Assembly (NCBI GenBank): GCA_041674705.1
Contig: JBAYVF010000005.1
Span: 36,645-100,644 of the forward strand
Direction of reading: 5' to 3'
Origin: Candidatus Omnitrophota bacterium
GTDB taxonomy: Bacteria; Omnitrophota; Omnitrophia; Omnitrophales; Aquincolibacteriaceae
Length of the DNA stretch: 64,000 bases
In this document: positions 27,663 to 37,190 of the stretch, piece after piece
Layout of the letters: every line of letters starts with the position of its first letter
Position numbering within the stretch: position 1 is the first letter of the stretch
The notes under the pieces: generated by a model
Database searches by the model: none
What the model was told of the DNA's origin: nothing
Seen by the model: only the letters and a program-made list of their open reading frames with translations
Position numbers and translations under genes: made by a program

Positions 27663-28340
27663 GTGAATCCTGTCCATTGGCTTTTCTTCATCGGGACCGT
27701 CGTTGTCTCTCTGGGTTTTGCGCTCTACGGGCAGTGGGTGCTCTGGAAGTATAAAGCGCCCTCTTACAGGACGATCGTGACCGGTTGCGAGATGGCGCGT
27801 TTTGTTCTGGATAAAGCGGGCCTCTTCCAGGTTCCGGTGACTCCGATCGAGCCCTCCGGGGACTATCCTTCCGTAGAAGGTCTTTTCCTGGAACCCAAGG
27901 TCTATGAAGGGCGCGATTTCCTTTCCATCCTTCAGGCGGCACGTCAGGCGTTCCTCAAAAGCCAACTCTCCAACATGACCTTTTGGGTGCGTCTCAAAAA
28001 GCGCATGACTTTTGTGATCCGCTTCACTGTTTTGGCTGGATGGATCCTGTTGGTGCTGGGGAGTTTTATTCCCGGCTTGCGGTTTCTGGTTAATCTCGGC
28101 CTCGGGTCTTTTACCGTCGTCATGGCCCTCGTGATCTTTGACCTGCCCTTCGAGCTGGAGGTTGAAGAAAAAGCGTCCAAGCTTCTAAAAACTTCCGGAC
28201 ATTTTCAACCGAATGAAATGGTTCACTTGAAAAAACTCGGCCAGGCGATCGCGCTTATGGGGCTTGCGGCTATCGTCTACGCGCCTTTTAATAAATGTCT
28301 TTGTCTCCTGGGAAGGAAGGGGAGCGATTATGGGCTTTAA
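27663..28340 (+). CDS. YugP-like membrane protein (putative zinc-metallopeptidase family) with degenerate active site
   Basis: N-terminal TM, then ..TGCEMARFVLDKAGLFQVPV.., and C-terminal DLPFELEVEEKASKLL, parallel to YugP-type proteins as I remember them. The position of HExxH reads ARQAF. Confidence 0.5.
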   Translation: MNPVHWLFFIGTVVVSLGFALYGQWVLWKYKAPSYRTIVTGCEMARFVLDKAGLFQVPVTPIEPSGDYPSVEGLFLEPKVYEGRDFLSILQAARQAFLKSQLSNMTFWVRLKKRMTFVIRFTVLAGWILLVLGSFIPGLRFLVNLGLGSFTVVMALVIFDLPFELEVEEKASKLLKTSGHFQPNEMVHLKKLGQAIALMGLAAIVYAPFNKCLCLLGRKGSDYGL

Positions 28341-29799
28341 GAATCTCGGGGAATTTTTGAAGGCGCTTCGTGAAGCGGACGAACTTGTCGAAGTGAAAGC
28401 GCCGGTCGATCCGGTGCTCGAGGTGACCGAGATCTATGACCGTGTGGTGAAAAAGGACGGACCCGCGCTCCTTTTCACGAATGTCCGCGGTTCTTCAATG
28501 CCGCTGGTGATCAATCTTTTCGGCTCTTCCAAGCGCATGAGTATGGCCCTGGGCGTAAAAAACATTTCGGAGATCGCCGAACGCATCCATTCCTTTCTGG
28601 ACCTTAAGCCGCCCCAGGGTCTTTTTGAAAAACTCGCGATGATTCCCAAGCTTTCTGAACTTCATGCCGTCCTCCCGAAATTCGTCAAACACGCGCCTTG
28701 CCAGGAGAAAGTTATCCTCGCAGGCGAAGCAAGGATGCTCGAACAGCTTCCTCTTATCCAGTGCTGGCCCAAGGATGGCGGAAAATTTATTACGTTCCCG
28801 CTCGTGATCACCAAGGATCCGGAGACGAACCAGCGTAATGTCGGGCTTTACCGGATGCATGTTTATGATGACCGGACGACCGGTATGCATTGGCAGATCC
28901 ACAAGGACGGAGCCGGACATTTTCGGAAGCTTGGCAAGGGAAGTAAGAGGCGTTTGCCTGTCGCGTGCGTCATTGGTGCGGATCCCGCGACCATGTTTGC
29001 GGCCGCGTGCCCGCTCCCAAGCGGTATGGATGAACTGATGCTTGCGGGATTCCTGCGGAAAAAGTCTGTGGAGCTTGTGAAATGTAAAACGATCGATCTG
29101 GAAGTGCCGGCCGAGGCTGAGATCGTGCTGGAAGGTTATGTGGACGAAGGGGAGATGCGTCTCGAAGGTCCTTTTGGCGACCACACTGGTTTTTATTCCC
29201 GCGCGAAGGACTTTCCCGTGTTCCATGTTACCTGCATGACGCATCGCAAGAACCCGGTGTATGTCACGACCGTTGTGGGCCGTGCGCCCATGGAAGATTG
29301 TTACATGGGAAAGGCGATCGAACGGATCTTCCTGCCCATGATCCAGAAACAGTTTCCCGAGATTGTGGATATTTGTCTGCCGTGGGAAGGTGCGTTCCAT
29401 AATTGTCTGATCGTTTCGATTAAGAAAAGTTATCCCGAACAGGGGAAAAAGATCATCCACGGCATTTGGGGGCTCGGACAGATGATGTTCTCAAAAATGA
29501 TCGTGGTGCTGGACCATGATACGAATATCCAGGACTTGAAAGAAGTCTCATGGCGCGTCTTGAACAATATGGATCCCAAACGCGACATGGTGTTCGGGGA
29601 AGGGCCCTTGGATGAGCTGGATCACGCGGCGCCCAAAGATTTCGGAGGCTCCAAGATCGGGATCGATGCCACGCGTAAGGGCGCGGCCGAAGGCATGGAA
29701 CGCCCCTGGCCCGAAGACATCATCATGACGGATGAAATTAAACGCCGTGTCGAAACGCGCTGGCGCGAGTATGGGCTGGATGAAAAATATCTTCGCTAA
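28330..29799 (+). CDS. ubiD: UbiD-family decarboxylase (menaquinone/ubiquinone biosynthesis type)
   Basis: Full-length UbiD-like sequence including LEGPFGDHTGFYS. ATG 28330 preferred over the ORF-track start 28264. Confidence 0.88.
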   Translation: MGFKNLGEFLKALREADELVEVKAPVDPVLEVTEIYDRVVKKDGPALLFTNVRGSSMPLVINLFGSSKRMSMALGVKNISEIAERIHSFLDLKPPQGLFEKLAMIPKLSELHAVLPKFVKHAPCQEKVILAGEARMLEQLPLIQCWPKDGGKFITFPLVITKDPETNQRNVGLYRMHVYDDRTTGMHWQIHKDGAGHFRKLGKGSKRRLPVACVIGADPATMFAAACPLPSGMDELMLAGFLRKKSVELVKCKTIDLEVPAEAEIVLEGYVDEGEMRLEGPFGDHTGFYSRAKDFPVFHVTCMTHRKNPVYVTTVVGRAPMEDCYMGKAIERIFLPMIQKQFPEIVDICLPWEGAFHNCLIVSIKKSYPEQGKKIIHGIWGLGQMMFSKMIVVLDHDTNIQDLKEVSWRVLNNMDPKRDMVFGEGPLDELDHAAPKDFGGSKIGIDATRKGAAEGMERPWPEDIIMTDEIKRRVETRWREYGLDEKYLR

Positions 29800-30640
29800 G
29801 TTCTGGTTGTTCCTTGAGATGATCAAGTTCGAGCATTCGATCTTCGCGCTTCCTTTTGCCTATCTCGGTCTTTTCTTTGCCGAGAAAAAAGTTCCGAGCC
29901 TTTTTCTTTTCTTCTGGATCACCATCGCGATGGTAAGCTTCAGAACCCTGGCAATGGCGCTGAACCGCTTGCTGGATCGAAAGATCGATGCGGAAAATCC
30001 GAGGACTTCAGGACGTGCATTGCCGCAAAAAAAGATACGAACAAGCTTCGTTTGGTTGGCGGCGCTTGTCTCGCTTCTTATTTTTGAAGTGAGCGCCTAC
30101 AAGCTTGGATCTTTATGCTTTTGGCTTTCACCGGTTCCCGTGGCGTTGGCGTGGATCTATCCTTTGACCAAGCGTTTCACTTGGGCTTCGCATTTTGTGC
30201 TGGGACTGGTTCTCGGTATCGCGCCTTACGGCGCCTGGATCGCGGTTACCGGGCAATTCGCGTGGGCGCCGGCATTCCTGACCGCGGGAGTGATCTGCTG
30301 GGTCGCGGGTTTCGATATGATCTATGCGCTTCAGGATGTGGATTTTGACCGGAGGCGCGGACTTTATTCCGTTCCGGCCAAGTTTGGCGAGGTTCGGACG
30401 CTTCAGCTTACCCGGGGGCTTCACGCGTTGGCGGTTCTTTGCTGGGCTGCGGCAGGTTTCTTGAACGGGGCAGGACGGGTCTATGGTCTGGGGCTGATTC
30501 TAGTGGTGTATTTCCTGATCCGTGAGCATCAACTGATTCGCTCCTTCGGCATCGCAAAGATGAACGAAGCTTTTTTTGTGATGAATGCGGTGGTCAGTCT
30601 CGCACTCTTTTTGGCCGTTGTCCTGGACGTTGTTTTATAA
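29771..30640 (+). CDS. ubiA: UbiA-family aromatic prenyltransferase
   Basis: NRLLDRKIDAENPRT and DVDFDRRRG Asp-rich motifs. Multi-TM. Start is ATG 29771 or 29780. Confidence 0.88.
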   Translation: MGWMKNIFAKFWLFLEMIKFEHSIFALPFAYLGLFFAEKKVPSLFLFFWITIAMVSFRTLAMALNRLLDRKIDAENPRTSGRALPQKKIRTSFVWLAALVSLLIFEVSAYKLGSLCFWLSPVPVALAWIYPLTKRFTWASHFVLGLVLGIAPYGAWIAVTGQFAWAPAFLTAGVICWVAGFDMIYALQDVDFDRRRGLYSVPAKFGEVRTLQLTRGLHALAVLCWAAAGFLNGAGRVYGLGLILVVYFLIREHQLIRSFGIAKMNEAFFVMNAVVSLALFLAVVLDVVL

Positions 30641-30654
30641 AAAGGAGTTTTATT

Positions 30655-31251
30655 TTGAAACCTTGGATTCTTGCCATAACAGGAGCGAGCGGAGTCGTTT
30701 ACGGGATGCGTCTGCTCGAGATGCTGGGAGAGCAGAGAATCCCTGTGGAGTTTGTGATCTCGGACACAGCAAAGATCGTGATGAAGGAAGAGCTGGGGAG
30801 TGAGGCAAGGTTTCCGGAGGCTTCTCATTTGTTCCGTATTCACGATTTCCACGATTTTACCGCGTCGATCGCGAGCGGATCTTACCCGACGGAAGGTATG
30901 GTGATCGTGCCGTGCAGTATGGGAACGCTCGGGGCGATCGCCTCAGGCCTCAGCCAGAATCTTATCCACCGCGCTGCGGATTGTACGATCAAGGAAGGAC
31001 GCAAACTTATCCTCGTGCCGCGCGAAACGCCGCTTTCCGCGATCCATCTTGAAAATATGCTGAAGCTTTCTCGCCTCGGAGTGAAGATCGTTCCGCCGAT
31101 GCCGGCTTTTTATTCCGAACAAAAGAGTATTCAAGACCTCGTGGATTTCGTGGTGGGGAAGGTGCTCGATCAGATGGGTGTTTCGCACATGCTCTACCCG
31201 CGGTGGGTGGGGAAAATAGACTACAGACCGCAGACTACAGACAATAGCTAG
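30655..31251 (+). CDS. ubiX: UbiX-family flavin prenyltransferase
   Basis: ITGASG..VPCSMGTLGAIA..PAFY pattern of the UbiX/Pad1 family. TTG start. Confidence 0.88.
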   Translation: MKPWILAITGASGVVYGMRLLEMLGEQRIPVEFVISDTAKIVMKEELGSEARFPEASHLFRIHDFHDFTASIASGSYPTEGMVIVPCSMGTLGAIASGLSQNLIHRAADCTIKEGRKLILVPRETPLSAIHLENMLKLSRLGVKIVPPMPAFYSEQKSIQDLVDFVVGKVLDQMGVSHMLYPRWVGKIDYRPQTTDNS

Positions 31252-31277
31252 AAGCGAAAAGCTCTACGAAAGATTTC

Positions 31278-32126
31278 ATGAAAGATCAAACGAAACTTCG
31301 TATCGGAAAAATAAAGTATCTCAACTGCCTTCCGTTCTATTTTGGTCTCGTGGAAATGCTTCGCGCAAAAGGGCTTGAACCGGAGATGAGTTTTTTTGAA
31401 TCCCATCCGGCCGAGATCAGCCAGGCTATGGACCGTGGAGAGATCGACGCGGCGCCGATGTCTTCTTTAGAATATCTCCAGCATCAGGACAAGTACCTTC
31501 TTCTTCCGGACCTTGCGATCGGGACGCGGCTTTTTGCTCGCAGCGTGCTGCTCCTTTCCAAGAAAAAAATCGAACAGCTCAATGGCGCAGTGATCGCGCT
31601 TTCCCGAGAAAGTTTAAGCTCCGCGGGTCTGGTGCGTATCCTCCTCGCGAAAAAATACAATCACCAGAACACGTTCGAGCTAGTCGATCAGGACCCGGAG
31701 GCCATGCTCCAAAAATATCCGGCCGCGCTCGTGATCGGGGATCAGGCGCTTTTCTGCCAGCCCAAGGAACTGATCTATAAATATGATCTTGGCGAGCTAT
31801 GGCAGTCCTGGACGGGAAAGCCCTTCGTGTTTGCGCTTTGGGCCGTGCGTAAGGATTTTGCGGCCCGTCATCCGGAAACGCTCAAGGCTTTTCTTGAAAC
31901 GCTGAAAGAAAACCTTCAAAAAAAATTGGCGGATCCGGAAGGTCTTCTGAAACAGTCGCTTGGCATTGCCCCCTCGGACAAGCGGTTCTGTCAGTTGCTT
32001 GGTTATCTTGTGAATCTTCAATACACGCTGGACCAGGACATGCAAGAAGGCGTGATGCGTTTTTTTGAACTCGCCCATGAGCAAAATCTTGCGCCCGCGC
32101 CAAAACCGCTTCACTTTTTTGAATAA
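31278..32126 (+). CDS. mqnA: Chorismate dehydratase MqnA (futalosine pathway)
   Basis: RIGKIKYLNCLPF N-terminus and overall MqnA-like sequence. Adjacent to a radical-SAM mqn gene. Confidence 0.82.
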   Translation: MKDQTKLRIGKIKYLNCLPFYFGLVEMLRAKGLEPEMSFFESHPAEISQAMDRGEIDAAPMSSLEYLQHQDKYLLLPDLAIGTRLFARSVLLLSKKKIEQLNGAVIALSRESLSSAGLVRILLAKKYNHQNTFELVDQDPEAMLQKYPAALVIGDQALFCQPKELIYKYDLGELWQSWTGKPFVFALWAVRKDFAARHPETLKAFLETLKENLQKKLADPEGLLKQSLGIAPSDKRFCQLLGYLVNLQYTLDQDMQEGVMRFFELAHEQNLAPAPKPLHFFE

Positions 32127-33238
32127 TGGATATTCACGACACAATCCTCGAAAAACGTCTGAGCGGTGGACGGCTCACGTTTGAAGACGGCGTTCAGCTC
32201 TACACCTGCGATCTTTTGAGGTTGGGCGAGGCTGCCCGAAAACTGACGCCGCGGCTCCTGACCAATGCCGTGACGTTTATTGTGGATCGCAATATCAGTT
32301 ACACAAATGTTTGCACGATTGGCTGTGACTTCTGTGCGTTCCATTGCGCCCCAGGAGCCCCAGAAGCGTATGTGCTTTCCAGAGAAAAGATCCTAGCCAA
32401 GGTTCTTGAGCTCGTGGGCTTAGGAGGAACACAGGTCTTGATTCAGGGGGGCATTCATCCGGACCTAAAACTTGATTACTACCTGGACATAGTCCGAGCC
32501 ATTCATGAGAAATTTCCGCAGGTTGCGATCCACTCTTTTTCCGCGATTGAGATGGATGTGTTGTCACAAAAGTCGGGGGTCGCTTTGTCCAAATTGTTCA
32601 GGAGGTTCAAAGAAGCCGGACTGAACTCGCTTCCGGGGGGCGGGGCGGAGATCCTTGTGGAGCGCGTGCGCAAACTGATCAGCCCGAAAAAGATCTCATC
32701 CGATCGGTGGCTTGAAGTGATGCGAACGGCCCACGAGGCGGGGCTTAAGACCACCGCGACCATGGTTTTCGGACACGTTGAAACGATCGAGGAAAGGATC
32801 TTTCATTTGATCAAACTGAGGGATCTTCAGGATCAGACCCAAGGCTTTCGGTCCTTCATCCCCTGGAGTTTTGTTCCATTCGCAAATAAGGGGACAGTCC
32901 CTTTAAATGCGTTAGAGGGACTGTCCCCATCAGGCGGGGACGACTATCTCAAGACGGTTGCGATATCGCGGCTTATGCTCGATAATTTCGAGCATATTCA
33001 AAGCGGCTGGCTTACCGAAGGGCTCAAGCTCGGCCAGATCGCTCTCGCATTCGGTTGCGACGACTTGGGCGGCACTTTGATCGAGGACAAGATCCTGGAG
33101 CCCACAGGGATCAAGGTGAATACTCGCAGGGATGATCTTATTCGTCTTATCAGAGACGCCGGGTTCATTCCCGTTCAGCGCGACACAAATTACAAAATTC
33201 TAAAAATTTTTAAGGAGGTGACCGATGCCGGCGCCTGA
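32126..33238 (+). CDS. Radical SAM enzyme of the CofH/MqnC/MqnE family (futalosine pathway)
   Basis: CTIGCDFCAF CxxxCxxC cluster motif. Family-typical GGIHP and FIPWSF segments. MqnC versus MqnE cannot be resolved by eye. Confidence 0.85.
   Translation: MDIHDTILEKRLSGGRLTFEDGVQLYTCDLLRLGEAARKLTPRLLTNAVTFIVDRNISYTNVCTIGCDFCAFHCAPGAPEAYVLSREKILAKVLELVGLGGTQVLIQGGIHPDLKLDYYLDIVRAIHEKFPQVAIHSFSAIEMDVLSQKSGVALSKLFRRFKEAGLNSLPGGGAEILVERVRKLISPKKISSDRWLEVMRTAHEAGLKTTATMVFGHVETIEERIFHLIKLRDLQDQTQGFRSFIPWSFVPFANKGTVPLNALEGLSPSGGDDYLKTVAISRLMLDNFEHIQSGWLTEGLKLGQIALAFGCDDLGGTLIEDKILEPTGIKVNTRRDDLIRLIRDAGFIPVQRDTNYKILKIFKEVTDAGA
32890..32928. repeat. Perfect 13-bp palindromic hairpin inside the mqnC/E-like CDS
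   Basis: ggggacagtccct (32890-32902) / agggactgtcccc (32916-32928) with a 13-nt loop. In frame, it encodes GTVPLNALEGLSP. Confidence 0.85.
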
Positions 33239-33920
33239 TAAAAAATTTATTCGTGAAGCTTTTAATTCGATCACGCCGCGCTACGATCTGCTGAATCAGG
33301 TCCTGAGTTTCGGAATGGCGGAAGCTTGGCGCAAGCGGTCAGCGGAAATCCTTCTGAGCGATCCTCGTTTTTCTCCCAAAACCATTTTAGACCTCGGCTG
33401 CGGGACGGGAAAGTTCCTCGAATGTTTCCTCTTGAAAAAATCCTGGGAAAGCGCGACGGGAGTGGATTTTTCGGTCGCTATGCTCGAAAAGGCACGCGCG
33501 ACGGTTCCGGGGAATGTGATGTGGCTCAAAGAGGATTTTGATGCCTTGCCGTTCCTGGAAGCCAGCTTTGATCTCGTGATCTCGGGGTTCACGCTGAGGA
33601 GCGTTCAAAAACTTCCGGAGTTCCTGAGTCGCGTAAATCGCATCCTGACGCCGGGCGGGAAAGCGGCATTTCTCGATCTGACGCGACCGCGGAATTTTTG
33701 GGCGAGGCTTCTCTTTTATCCGTACTTGAAATTCATCCTGCCCCTTTTGGGCTGGCTTATTTCAGGTCATTTAAAGGCCTATGGTTTCCTCTCCGGTTCG
33801 GTGCGGAGGTTCCAGGCCCCCGAGGAAACGATCCGTTTGATGCAAACCGCCGGGTACCGCGAGTGCACGAGTAAAAGCTTTGCTTTTGGCGCCGCTACGC
33901 TTATCATAGGGAAAAAATAA
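33225..33920 (+). CDS. ubiE: Demethylmenaquinone/ubiquinone methyltransferase
   Basis: FNSITPRYDLLN N-terminus and SAM motif I LDLGCGTG. Confidence 0.88.
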   Translation: MPAPDKKFIREAFNSITPRYDLLNQVLSFGMAEAWRKRSAEILLSDPRFSPKTILDLGCGTGKFLECFLLKKSWESATGVDFSVAMLEKARATVPGNVMWLKEDFDALPFLEASFDLVISGFTLRSVQKLPEFLSRVNRILTPGGKAAFLDLTRPRNFWARLLFYPYLKFILPLLGWLISGHLKAYGFLSGSVRRFQAPEETIRLMQTAGYRECTSKSFAFGAATLIIGKK

Positions 33921-33927
33921 CCCCAAA

Positions 33928-34386
33928 ATGATGACTCCAGAAGAAAAAATCACGCAATTAGGCCTGTTTTTGCCGCCCGCGCCCAAGCCTGTGGGGCTTT
34001 ATCAGCCCTTCGTGGTGGCGGGGAAGCTGGCCTTTTTAAGCGGCCAGCTTTCGAAGGACGCCCAAGGCAAGCTTTTGACGGGGAAGGTCGGCAAAGACCT
34101 TTCTCTGGCCGAGGGACAGGCGGCGGCGCGTCTTGCGGCGCTGAACGTCCTGAGCATTATGAAGCACCTGATCGGTTTTAAAAAGATCCGGCGCGTGGTG
34201 AAAATGACCGGTTTTGTTCAGGCCGCGCCTGATTTTTATGAAATTCCGGCGGTCGTGAACGGGGCCTCGGAACTTTTTGCCGAAGTAATGGGAGAACAAG
34301 GAGCGCACGCGCGTTCTGCCGTAGGGATGGCGAGCCTTCCCATGAATGCCGCAGTCGAGATCGAACTCGTCTTGGAATTAAAATGA
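33928..34386 (+). CDS. RidA/YjgF-family protein
   Basis: 152 aa with an overall YjgF/RidA-like sequence (..SGQLS.., ..ARSAVGMASLP..VEIE). Confidence 0.8.
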   Translation: MMTPEEKITQLGLFLPPAPKPVGLYQPFVVAGKLAFLSGQLSKDAQGKLLTGKVGKDLSLAEGQAAARLAALNVLSIMKHLIGFKKIRRVVKMTGFVQAAPDFYEIPAVVNGASELFAEVMGEQGAHARSAVGMASLPMNAAVEIELVLELK

Positions 34387-34398
34387 CGTGATTTTTGC

Positions 34399-34460
34399 GT
34401 CATCCCCGAACGTTTTAATCGGGGATCCATGGATTCCCGCTAAAAACATGCGGGAATGAC
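34399..34460 (+). repeat. Structured 62-nt repeat (twin-hairpin element), copy 2
   Basis: Same stems as 16997-17056. All differences fall in loops. Lies 13 nt after the ridA-like stop. Confidence 0.8.
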
Positions 34461-34490
34461 AGAGCTATTAAATATTCTGAAAGGAACACC

Positions 34491-35363
34491 GTGAAAGGTT
34501 TTCTTAAATTCATCCTTGTTTTTGCAAGCATCCTTCTTCTGAGCGCGGTCCTCGCGCCCGTACTTCATTCTTTCTTACCTTACAGTTTTTCGCGTATCTT
34601 CAACCGGGTTGTCATGGTCACCGCGTTGCTTGCGGTTGTGATTTTTGTAAGATTCCGGAAAGAAATATTCGTGCGGTTCGGGATGGACTGGAGAAAGGAC
34701 AGCCGGCGGCTTTTTTGGGCCGGATTTTTGACTGTGTCGGCCGTGCTGGTGCTTTTTACGGTCATCCAGCTTCTCATGGGGAATGCCCACGTTTCGTTGC
34801 GGGACTATACAGGGCAAAAGTGGGCGTACAAAATTTTCAGCTGCATCGGCGGAGCGCTTCTGATCGGGACCATGGAAGAGTTTTTCTTCCGGGGGTTCAT
34901 TTTCACCTCGTTGCGTGACAAAACGTTCCGGGGGAGCGTTCCGCTGGCGATGGTCGTGACGAGTCTTTTTTATTCGGCCCTTCATTTTGTCAGTATCCGT
35001 AAGCCCGTGATCAGCCAGGATCCGGGATTCCTGGACAGCCTGAAAATGATCGCAGCTCCGATCCAGTCGTTCGCGGACTGGCAGGCCGTATGGCCCGCGG
35101 CGATCGGGCTTTTCCTCTTCGGGATGGTCCTGAATTATTGCGTCGTACGTGCACGATCGCTTTATGCTTCGATCGGGTTGCATGCGGGGGCGGTTCTTTT
35201 TGTACGGACGGTCGGACTCTTTATCGCGTTTTCCGAAAAAAATGTTCTTCTTTGGAGTACAAAAAAAGTCTACGACGGCGCGTTGGGCTGGCTCTGCCTG
35301 CTTTTGACCGGTTGGATCCTGAGCAAGCTTCTCAAAAAAGCTGATGCCCCAGTAACCCCCTAG
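34491..35363 (+). CDS. CPBP-family intramembrane metalloprotease (CAAX protease-like)
   Basis: EEFFFRGFIF and SALHF motifs. Multi-TM. Confidence 0.82.
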   Translation: MKGFLKFILVFASILLLSAVLAPVLHSFLPYSFSRIFNRVVMVTALLAVVIFVRFRKEIFVRFGMDWRKDSRRLFWAGFLTVSAVLVLFTVIQLLMGNAHVSLRDYTGQKWAYKIFSCIGGALLIGTMEEFFFRGFIFTSLRDKTFRGSVPLAMVVTSLFYSALHFVSIRKPVISQDPGFLDSLKMIAAPIQSFADWQAVWPAAIGLFLFGMVLNYCVVRARSLYASIGLHAGAVLFVRTVGLFIAFSEKNVLLWSTKKVYDGALGWLCLLLTGWILSKLLKKADAPVTP

Positions 35364-35380
35364 CGGAAACAATTTTCTTT

Positions 35381-36403
35381 ATGACCACATTCAATAAGAT
35401 CACTCGCGAGAAAGTCCTCGAATGCCTCAAACAGGTCCAGGAGCCTGTCCTGAACGAGGACGTTGTTTCCCTCGGGCTTGTCCGCGAGATCGAGATCGAC
35501 AAGAACCATGCTTTCGTTCATCTGGAATCTTCAGTCGAGGATCCTTCCTTGCAGGAAAAATTGCGCGGGGCGATCGCTCAGGCGGTGCTCAAGGCGGGCG
35601 CGAGCGGCTGTGATGTTCACTTTTCCGGGAAACCGAAATGCGGGATGAACGCTTCGGCGATTCAACCCATTTCCGGCGTGAAGCATGTGATCGCCGTGGC
35701 AAGCGGGAAGGGCGGCGTCGGGAAATCGACTGTGGCTGTGAATCTGGCGCTTGCTTTAAAACAACTTGGCGCCAAAGTGGGATTGATGGATGCGGATATT
35801 TACGGCCCGAATATTCCGATCATGTTGGGCATCTCGCCTGAAAAACGTCCCGAGGGAAATGCGGAAGCCAAAATAATTCCTCTTGCCGCCCATGGCGTGA
35901 AAGCGATCTCGATCGGATTTTTTGCAAATCCCGAGCAACCGGTGATCTGGCGCGGGCCGCTTCTCCATAAAACTATGGAGCAGTTCCTGCACCGGGTGGA
36001 TTGGGGGGAGTTGGATTATTTGGTGGTGGACCTGCCGCCCGGAACGGGGGACGTGCAACTTTCCTTATCCCAATGGGTAAGCCTGTCGGGCGCGGTGGTA
36101 GTGACGACGCCCCAGGAAGTGGCTTTGAGCGATGTCCGGAAAGCGGTGAATATGTTCCGTCAGCTCGAGGTGCGGATCCTGGGAGTAGTCGAAAATATGA
36201 CAGGACCGATCTTTGGCAAGGGGGGCGGCGAAAAAATGGCCGATGTGTTTCAAATCCCTTTTCTTGGAAGTATTCCGCTCGAGGCTCAAGTGCGGGAATG
36301 CGGGGATTTGGGGCTTCCGGTCGTGATCGGACATCCCAAAAGCCCCATCAGCGAACGATTCGTGAAGATCGCGGAAGCGGTGCGGAAAACATTAAAAGCT
36401 TAA
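35381..36403 (+). CDS. Mrp/NBP35/ApbC-family Fe-S cluster carrier ATPase
   Basis: N-terminal DUF59-like region and a deviant Walker A SGKGGVGKST. Confidence 0.9.
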   Translation: MTTFNKITREKVLECLKQVQEPVLNEDVVSLGLVREIEIDKNHAFVHLESSVEDPSLQEKLRGAIAQAVLKAGASGCDVHFSGKPKCGMNASAIQPISGVKHVIAVASGKGGVGKSTVAVNLALALKQLGAKVGLMDADIYGPNIPIMLGISPEKRPEGNAEAKIIPLAAHGVKAISIGFFANPEQPVIWRGPLLHKTMEQFLHRVDWGELDYLVVDLPPGTGDVQLSLSQWVSLSGAVVVTTPQEVALSDVRKAVNMFRQLEVRILGVVENMTGPIFGKGGGEKMADVFQIPFLGSIPLEAQVRECGDLGLPVVIGHPKSPISERFVKIAEAVRKTLKA

Positions 36404-36405
36404 AT

Positions 36406-36508
36406 GGCTGAAAAGGCTAAAAGGGCTAAAAACGCTTTAAAACTTCCGGGTTGATTTTTTAAAGCATCTTAAGCCTGTTTAGCTTTTTTTGCTTGTTTAG
36501 CCTTGGCC
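36406..36508. repeat. GGCTAAAA-word array hairpin (mrp-folE spacer)
   Basis: Left array is ggctgaaaa ggctaaaa gggctaaaa acgctttaaaa. The right arm 36455-36508 carries the complementary tttagc/ttaagcc words. Loop cttccgggttga. Confidence 0.6.
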
Positions 36509-36529
36509 TACAATTAAGGAGATGAATTC

Positions 36530-37120
36530 ATGAAAAAGAAGACGGTAGCGAAGGACGAAGATAGATTCGAAGGACTGGTCAAAGAGATGCTCACGCTTCT
36601 TGGCGAAAACCCCAAGCGCGAAGGCCTTGAAAGGACGCCAGTGCGTGTGGCGAAATCCCTCCGGTATCTGACGCAAGGATACCAGATGGATCCGAAGGAG
36701 ATCCTCGCTCACGCGGTCTTCAAAGAGCCCTACGATGAAATGGTGATCGTCAAGGACATCGAGATCTTCTCGCTTTGTGAGCACCACATGCTTCCGTTCT
36801 ACGGGAAAGCCCACATTGCTTACATTCCGAACGGAAAGATCATCGGCCTTTCCAAGATTCCGCGTCTTGTGGAAGTATTTTCCAAGCGGCTGCAGGTCCA
36901 GGAGCGCCTTACGACCCAGATTGCCGAATGTCTTATGGAAGCCCTAAAACCAAAAGGGGTTGCGGTTGTGATCGAGGCGCTTCACCTCTGTATGTCCATG
37001 CGCGGCGTCAAGAAAGCCGATGCCTACACCATCACCAGCTCCATGCTCGGGGCCTTCCGTAAAGACGCCCGTTCCCGTAGCGAATTCCTCAGTCTGATAC
37101 GGCTGAAGAGAGAAGAATAG
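36530..37120 (+). CDS. folE: GTP cyclohydrolase I
   Basis: [20 protein letters not shown] and RLQVQERLT motifs. Confidence 0.93.
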   Translation: MKKKTVAKDEDRFEGLVKEMLTLLGENPKREGLERTPVRVAKSLRYLTQGYQMDPKEILAHAVFKEPYDEMVIVKDIEIFSLCEHHMLPFYGKAHIAYIPNGKIIGLSKIPRLVEVFSKRLQVQERLTTQIAECLMEALKPKGVAVVIEALHLCMSMRGVKKADAYTITSSMLGAFRKDARSRSEFLSLIRLKREE

Positions 37121-37122
37121 TT

Positions 37123-37187
37123 GGCGGAAGGTGTACGGCGAAGCTAGGAAGTTTGCGCCGTACGCCTTACTCCGTACGTCGTTTTTT
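37123..37187. terminator. GTACGGCG-word hairpin followed by T-run between convergent folE and lpxD
   Basis: Arms 37123-37140 and 37155-37179 (~13/15 pairing in the core), then gttttttg. Sits between the stop codons of convergent genes. Confidence 0.7.
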
Positions 37188-37190
37188 GAA

